Assembly (NCBI GenBank): GCA_013812235.1
Contig: JACCTU010000047.1
Coordinates: 1 to 47,675 of the forward strand
DNA: 47,675 nt
Direction: 5' to 3'
Origin: Actinomycetota bacterium
Lineage (GTDB): Bacteria > Actinomycetota > Thermoleophilia > Gaiellales > Gaiellaceae
Position 1 is the stretch's first letter. The number at the start of each line of letters is the position of its first letter. Under the pieces are notes generated by a model that saw only the letters and a list, made by a program, of their open reading frames with translations, made no database searches and was not told the origin of the DNA. The translations under genes and the position numbers were made by a program. Positions 43,118 through 47,675 of the stretch are shown one piece after another.

Positions 43118-44866
43118 GTGGAGGAGCACGAGGCCGAGCGACGACGCGCCGCCTGGCGGTATCTCCGACGCCTGATCGTGCGCGAGCGCCGGGGCGTGCT
43201 CGGCGCCATCGCAGGGGGACTCATCTGGCAGGGGGCGGCGGTCCTGACGCCGCTCGTCGTCGAGCGTGCGATCGACCGCGGGGTCGTCCCCGAGAACCGG
43301 CAGGCACTCCTCCTGTGGTGCGGCGCGCTCGTCTTGCTCGGGCTGGTCGAGGCCAGCGCGGGCGGGATGCGCCACTTCTTCGCGATTCGCAACCGCGCGA
43401 ACGCCGACGCCGCGGTGCGCGACGGGCTCTTCACGCGCGCATTGGAACTCGACGCCCGCTTCCACGACCGCGTCGGCGCCGGCGAGTTGATGAGCCGCGC
43501 GTCGAACGACGCGGAGCTGATCGCACGGCTGCTCGATGCGGCCGGCCACACGGTCGGCTACGTGCTGACCGTCGTCGCGGTCTCGGTCATCCTGCTGACG
43601 ATCGACCTGCCACTCGCTCTGATCGTGCTGCTGCCGCTGCCGCTCGTCTCGATCGGCTTCTGGCGCTACTCGTCACGCTACGGCGGTACGACGCGGCGGC
43701 TCCAGGAGGAGCTCGGCAAGACGACCGCGCTCGCGGAGGAGACGATCGCCGGAATCCGCGTCGCGAAGGGGCTCGGAGCGGGCGCGGCGCTCAACGCACG
43801 CTTCCGCACCGCGAGCGACAGCGTCGTCGACCGCGCCCTCGACGTCGCCCGGGTCGACGCGGTCTTCCTGCCGGCGCTCGAGGCGCTGCCGCTGCTCGGG
43901 ATCCTCGCGACGCTCTGGTTCGGGACGCAACGCGTGGTCGACGGCGAGCTCACGCTCGGCCAGCTCGCGGCCTTCAGCCTCTACCTCGCGATCCTCGTTT
44001 GGCCCCTACGCACGCTCGGCCAGCGCGTGCAGACGGTGCAGCAGGCCGTCGCCGCGGCGATGCGGATCACCGAGGTGCTCGAGTCGGAGCCTGCGGTCGT
44101 CGAGCCGGCCAGTCCCAAGCGGCTCGTGCAGAGAGGCGCCGCCGACGTCGCGTTCGAGGACGTCGTCTTCGGCTACGAGCCCCGGCGACCGGTGCTCGAC
44201 GGCTTCACGCTGGAGATTCCCGCAGGGAGCTCGGTCGCGCTCGTCGGCGGCACCGGCTCCGGGAAGACCACGGCGGCCGCGCTGCTCGCACGCTTCTACG
44301 ACCCGCAGTTCGGGCGCGTCGTCGTCGGCGGCGTCGACGTCCGCGAGCTGCGTGTGGACGACCTCCGCCACACCGTGGGAATCGTGTTCGAGGACACCTT
44401 TCTCTTCTCGGACACGGTTGCAGCCAACATCGCGTTCGCGCGTCCCGAGGCGTCGCGCGAGGAGATCGAGTCCGCGGCACGCCTCGGCGGTGCCCACGAG
44501 TTCGTCGCATCGCTTCCGCTTGGCTACGACACGGTGCTCGGGGAGCGTGGCTACTCGCTTTCGGGCGGACAGCGGCAGCGGCTCGCGATCGCGCGCGCGA
44601 TCCTCGCCGACCCTGCGGTGCTGATCCTCGACGACGCGACGTCCGCAGTCGACGCGACGAAGGAGCACGAGATTCGCGCTGCGCTCTCGACCGTGATGGA
44701 GGGGCGTACGACGCTCGTGATCGCGCACCGCGCAGCGACGATCGCGCTCGCGGACCGGGTCGTCGTGCTCGAAGTGGGTCGCGTCGTCGAGGAGGGCACA
44801 CACGCCGAGCTGCTCCGCCGCTCGACGCGCTACCGGACGCTGCTCGCAATTGAGGCGGCCGCGTGA
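43118..44866 (+). CDS. ABC exporter, fused permease/ATPase (heterodimer subunit 1)
   Basis: Six-TM exporter domain followed by an NBD with Walker A GGTGSGKTT, signature LSGGQRQRLAIARA and Walker B LILDDATSAVD. The start is uncertain: GTG 43118 is preferred because track start TTG 43091 would overlap the divergent folP start codon. Confidence 0.8.
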   Translation: MEEHEAERRRAAWRYLRRLIVRERRGVLGAIAGGLIWQGAAVLTPLVVERAIDRGVVPENRQALLLWCGALVLLGLVEASAGGMRHFFAIRNRANADAAVRDGLFTRALELDARFHDRVGAGELMSRASNDAELIARLLDAAGHTVGYVLTVVAVSVILLTIDLPLALIVLLPLPLVSIGFWRYSSRYGGTTRRLQEELGKTTALAEETIAGIRVAKGLGAGAALNARFRTASDSVVDRALDVARVDAVFLPALEALPLLGILATLWFGTQRVVDGELTLGQLAAFSLYLAILVWPLRTLGQRVQTVQQAVAAAMRITEVLESEPAVVEPASPKRLVQRGAADVAFEDVVFGYEPRRPVLDGFTLEIPAGSSVALVGGTGSGKTTAAALLARFYDPQFGRVVVGGVDVRELRVDDLRHTVGIVFEDTFLFSDTVAANIAFARPEASREEIESAARLGGAHEFVASLPLGYDTVLGERGYSLSGGQRQRLAIARAILADPAVLILDDATSAVDATKEHEIRAALSTVMEGRTTLVIAHRAATIALADRVVVLEVGRVVEEGTHAELLRRSTRYRTLLAIEAAA

Positions 44867-44954
44867 GCGCCCTGTCCACGAAGTGGATCGGTGGAGGGGC
44901 TCTGGGGGAACTGGGAGGTTCCCCCAGCGGGAGCCCGCGGCGAGAGGGCTTGGC

Positions 44955-46682
44955 GTGAAGCTGCCGGTGCTCGCGCGCTCGTGGAGCTTCATGCGCCCGT
45001 ACCGCGGCTTGATCACGCTCGCCGCGCTCGGGATCGTCGGCTCGACGCTGGTCACGGTGGCGGGGCCTGCGCTTCTCAAGTACGCGATCGACGAGGGGAT
45101 CCAGGGCGGCGACGAGGGGGCGATCCGCCGGGCCGCGCTTGTCTACCTCGGCCTCGTGCTCGCACGCCCGCTGCTCGAGCGGCTCGTCGTCGTGTGCTCC
45201 GCGCGGGCGGGCGAGCGCTTCCTCGGCCGCCTGCGGGTGGCAGCGTACGAGCACCTCCAACAGCTCTCCATGCCCTTCTTCGAGAGCGAGCGCGCCGGCG
45301 TGCTGATCGCGCGGCTGACGTCGGACGTCCAGACGCTCACCACGTTCACCCGACACGTGCTGGTCGAGGTCGTCGGAAGCATCCTGCTGCTCCTGCTCAC
45401 GGGGATCGCGATCGTGCTGCTCTCCCCCGTGCTCGCCGCGGTCGTGCTCGTCTCGTTCCCGCTGATCGTCGTCTCGGCGATCTCGTACCAGCGACGCTCC
45501 CACCCGTCGTACCTCTCGCTCCGAGAGCGCGTCGGCGACACGATGACGTCGCTTCAGGAAGGGCTGACCGGCGTGCGCGTCGTCAAGGCGTACGGGCGCG
45601 AGCAGGCGCAGTTCGAGCGGTACCGCGGCCGGTCGCGCGCGCAGGTGCACGCCTGGCGGCGGATCTCGCTCGTGAACATCTCGTTCTTCTCGGTGATCTC
45701 GTTCGCGCAGGCGCTCTCGAGCGCGGCGGTGGTGCTCGTCGGCGGCTGGCTCTACTGGCGCGGCGAGACGACGATCGGGACCGTCGTCGCGATCTCGCTC
45801 TACCTCTTCTCGCTCTTCGATCCGATCGGCCGGCTCGGCGACTGGTTGTCGCAGCTCCAGTCCGGGCGCGCCGCGCTGACCAAGCTCGTCGCGCTGCTCG
45901 AGACACCGGTGACGGTGCTCGGCGGTGGCGTCGAGCTCCCGGAGGGCGGCGCTCTGCGAGCAGAGCGCCTGACGTTCGGCTACGGCGACGAACCTGTCCT
46001 GCACAACGTCTCGCTGACCGTGCGGCAGGGCGAGCAGCTCGCGCTCGTCGGACCGACCGGTGCGGGGAAGTCGACGCTCGCGAAGCTGCTCACGCGCCAG
46101 TACGACCCGACCGAGGGCGTCGTGCGCCTCGGCGGCGTCGACCTGCGCGAGGCGACGCTCGACTCACTCCGCCGGCAGATCGTCTTCCTGCCACAGGAAG
46201 GACACCTGTTCTCCGGCACGCTCGCCGACAACGTCCGGCTCGCGCTGCCGGGCGCGAGCGACGAACAGGTGGCGGACGCGCTGCGCCGGATCGGCGCGCT
46301 CGCGCGCTTCGAGGCGCTGCCGAACGGGTTGCAGACCGACGTGCGCACGCGCGGGGTTCGGCTCTCGTCGGGCGAGCGGCAGCTCGTCGGGCTCGCCCGC
46401 GTCGCGCTCGCCGACCCGACGGTGATCGTGCTCGACGAGGCAACGTCGTCGCTCGACCCGGCAACGGAGGCGCTGGTCGAGAGGGCGCTCACCGCCGTCT
46501 CCCAGGGCCGCACCGTGATCACGATCGCGCATCGGCTCTCGACCGCCCAGCGCGCCGACCGGGTCGCCGTGATCGAGGGCGGCCGACTCGTCGAGCTCGC
46601 GACCCATGACGAGCTCGTCGCGCAGGGCGAACGCTACGCGGCGCTCTGGGCCAGCTGGGAAGCGGGAACTCGCGCCGCATGA
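44955..46682 (+). CDS. ABC exporter, fused permease/ATPase (heterodimer subunit 2)
   Basis: 575 aa from GTG 44955 (VKLPVLARSWSFMRPYRGL...). The NBD has Walker A GPTGAGKST, signature LSSGERQLVGLARV and Walker B IVLDEATSSLD. The first 35 codons of the track ORF are Arg/Gly junk containing an 8-bp hairpin. Confidence 0.8.
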   Translation: MKLPVLARSWSFMRPYRGLITLAALGIVGSTLVTVAGPALLKYAIDEGIQGGDEGAIRRAALVYLGLVLARPLLERLVVVCSARAGERFLGRLRVAAYEHLQQLSMPFFESERAGVLIARLTSDVQTLTTFTRHVLVEVVGSILLLLLTGIAIVLLSPVLAAVVLVSFPLIVVSAISYQRRSHPSYLSLRERVGDTMTSLQEGLTGVRVVKAYGREQAQFERYRGRSRAQVHAWRRISLVNISFFSVISFAQALSSAAVVLVGGWLYWRGETTIGTVVAISLYLFSLFDPIGRLGDWLSQLQSGRAALTKLVALLETPVTVLGGGVELPEGGALRAERLTFGYGDEPVLHNVSLTVRQGEQLALVGPTGAGKSTLAKLLTRQYDPTEGVVRLGGVDLREATLDSLRRQIVFLPQEGHLFSGTLADNVRLALPGASDEQVADALRRIGALARFEALPNGLQTDVRTRGVRLSSGERQLVGLARVALADPTVIVLDEATSSLDPATEALVERALTAVSQGRTVITIAHRLSTAQRADRVAVIEGGRLVELATHDELVAQGERYAALWASWEAGTRAA

Positions 46683-46683
46683 C

Positions 46684-46716
46684 GAAACGGCCCGCCCTTT
46701 CCAGGCGGGCCGTTTC
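46684..46716. terminator. Bidirectional intrinsic terminator between convergent genes
   Basis: GAAACGGCCCGCC-ctttcca-GGCGGGCCGTTTC forms a 13-bp stem. TTTC runs follow it on both strands. It starts 2 nt after the ABC gene stop. Confidence 0.75.
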
Positions 46717-46736
46717 TCCTCGGAGACCTCCTCGGT

Positions 46737-47225
46737 CTACGAGTGCGCCATCCGCTCCCGGTCGCGAACCATCGCGAGCGCGATCGCCGCCGCCGTCGCG
46801 AGGATCAAGCCGAGCCCGAATCCCAGCGCGAGATCGCCGCTGTCCAGGCTGCTCGAGCCCGCGGAGATCGAGACGACGTCCGCCTGCTTCGTCTGCGGCT
46901 GGAAGCCGTCCGGCGTGGCCCGGATCACGAGCTGCTCGTCGCCACGGAGCTGCGGCTGGTAGCCGTCCGGGTTCGAGACGCCCTCGAACCGCGCCACGTA
47001 GGCCCGCGAGAGGTTCGCCGGCGTGACACCGTCCTGCTGCGCCGCCGGCAGCTCGGCGGTGCCTCCGTACTGCTGCGCGACGCTCGTGATCGGCTCGAAC
47101 GTCGGGCCCACGAGCCCCGAGTCACGAACCTGCGCCGGCGCGGTGCCGGCGAAGACCGCGGAGGTCGCCAGCGAGAGCGCCAGCGCCTTCAGGGCCTTCC
47201 GATTGCTCTTCCTCGTCCAACGCAT
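46737..47225 (-). CDS. Hypothetical secreted protein with C-terminal membrane anchor
   Basis: 162 aa with a GAGGAGGA SD. The signal peptide is MRWTRKSNRKALKALALSLATSAVFAGTAPA, and the C-terminal hydrophobic helix with basic tail is LALGFGLGLILATAAAIALAMVRDRER. No family was recognised. Confidence 0.55.
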   Translation of the reverse strand: MRWTRKSNRKALKALALSLATSAVFAGTAPAQVRDSGLVGPTFEPITSVAQQYGGTAELPAAQQDGVTPANLSRAYVARFEGVSNPDGYQPQLRGDEQLVIRATPDGFQPQTKQADVVSISAGSSSLDSGDLALGFGLGLILATAAAIALAMVRDRERMAHS

Positions 47226-47328
47226 TGCTCTTCCTCCTCGTGTCTCGGTCTTGTTGACTGAGGGGAGGATGAGCGGCAGCGCTAAACGAACGTTGGCTCC
47301 GGGCCTAAACGAGCGCTAAAACTGAGCG

Positions 47329-47675
47329 GTGGACTACGCTCTGCTCGGCCCGCTCGAGGTGCGGAGCGACGGACGGCCGATCCCCGTCGGCCGTGGCAAG
47401 CAGCGCGCGCTGCTCGCCGTGCTCGCGCTGAACGCGGGCCGCGTCGTCCCTGCCGAGCGGCTGATCGACGAGCTCTGGGGCGACGAGCCGCCCGCGACCG
47501 CGGCCACAGCGCTGCAGGTCTACGTCTCGCGCCTGCGCAAGTCGCTCGGCGAGGGGGCGATCGAGACGCGCGCGCCGGGCTACCTCGTCGAGGGCGACGT
47601 CGACGTGCGGCGCTTCGACGAGCTCGTCTCGGAGGCGCGGCGCAGCGAGCCGGCGCGCACCGCGGAGCTGCTGAA
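47329..47675 (+). CDS. SARP-family (AfsR/DnrI/RedD-type) transcriptional regulator, N-terminal part (truncated by window)
   Basis: Absent from the ORF track because it runs off the edge. From GTG 47329 it reads VDYALLGPLEVRSDGRPIPVGRGKQRALLAVLALNAGRVVPAERLIDELWGDEPPATAATALQVYVSRLRKSLG...APGYLV...DVDVRRFDELV. This is an OmpR/PhoB-type winged helix followed by the start of a BTAD domain. Confidence 0.75.
   Translation, partial: MDYALLGPLEVRSDGRPIPVGRGKQRALLAVLALNAGRVVPAERLIDELWGDEPPATAATALQVYVSRLRKSLGEGAIETRAPGYLVEGDVDVRRFDELVSEARRSEPARTAELL

Noticed and set aside
44904-44925. 8-bp hairpin GGGGGAAC-tgggag-GTTCCCCC between the two ABC genes as a terminator or attenuator
   Set aside because: The stem is short, no T-tract follows, and it lies within 90 nt of tightly linked genes that probably form one operon. 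It may simply be spacer structure.

Overview
This is a high-GC (about 70%) actinobacterial-type chromosome segment, possibly Thermoleophilia-like, though taxonomy cannot be settled from sequence alone. All calls come from reading the supplied translations, motif recall and manual inspection; no searches were run. A conserved minus-strand housekeeping backbone runs carD - disA - radA ... clpC ... lysS - greA - coaX - DUF2469 - folK - folB - folP, the same order known from Mycobacterium and other Actinobacteria. Accessory DNA interrupts it in several places. (i) A RES-toxin/Xre-antitoxin pair with a palindromic operator sits next to radA. (ii) A decayed stretch between the EamA transporter and clpC holds a frameshifted small ORF, an M28 peptidase remnant and structured non-coding DNA. 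(iii) A Wzx/Wzy-type exopolysaccharide locus of about 25.5 kb (9280-34730) is wedged between clpC and lysS. (iv) An opposite-strand S8 protease splits folK from folB. (v) An ABC exporter pair, a secreted hypothetical protein and a SARP regulator lie at the right edge. The most unusual content is inside the polysaccharide locus. A translationally coupled comB - ATP-grasp - comA operon (phosphosulfolactate synthase and phosphatase flanking a carboxylate-amine ligase) is surrounded by two CE4 deacetylases, two CelD/FemAB-like acyltransferases and a second ATP-grasp enzyme. I read this as a candidate, undescribed sulfolactate-based glycan-tailoring module. Other points of interest are a perfect 21-bp inverted repeat bracketing 146 bp upstream of a miniature LPXTG protein, a 13-nt motif recurring upstream of three genes, and several divergent gene pairs with back-to-back start codons. 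No tRNA, rRNA, CRISPR array, transposase or integrase was seen.
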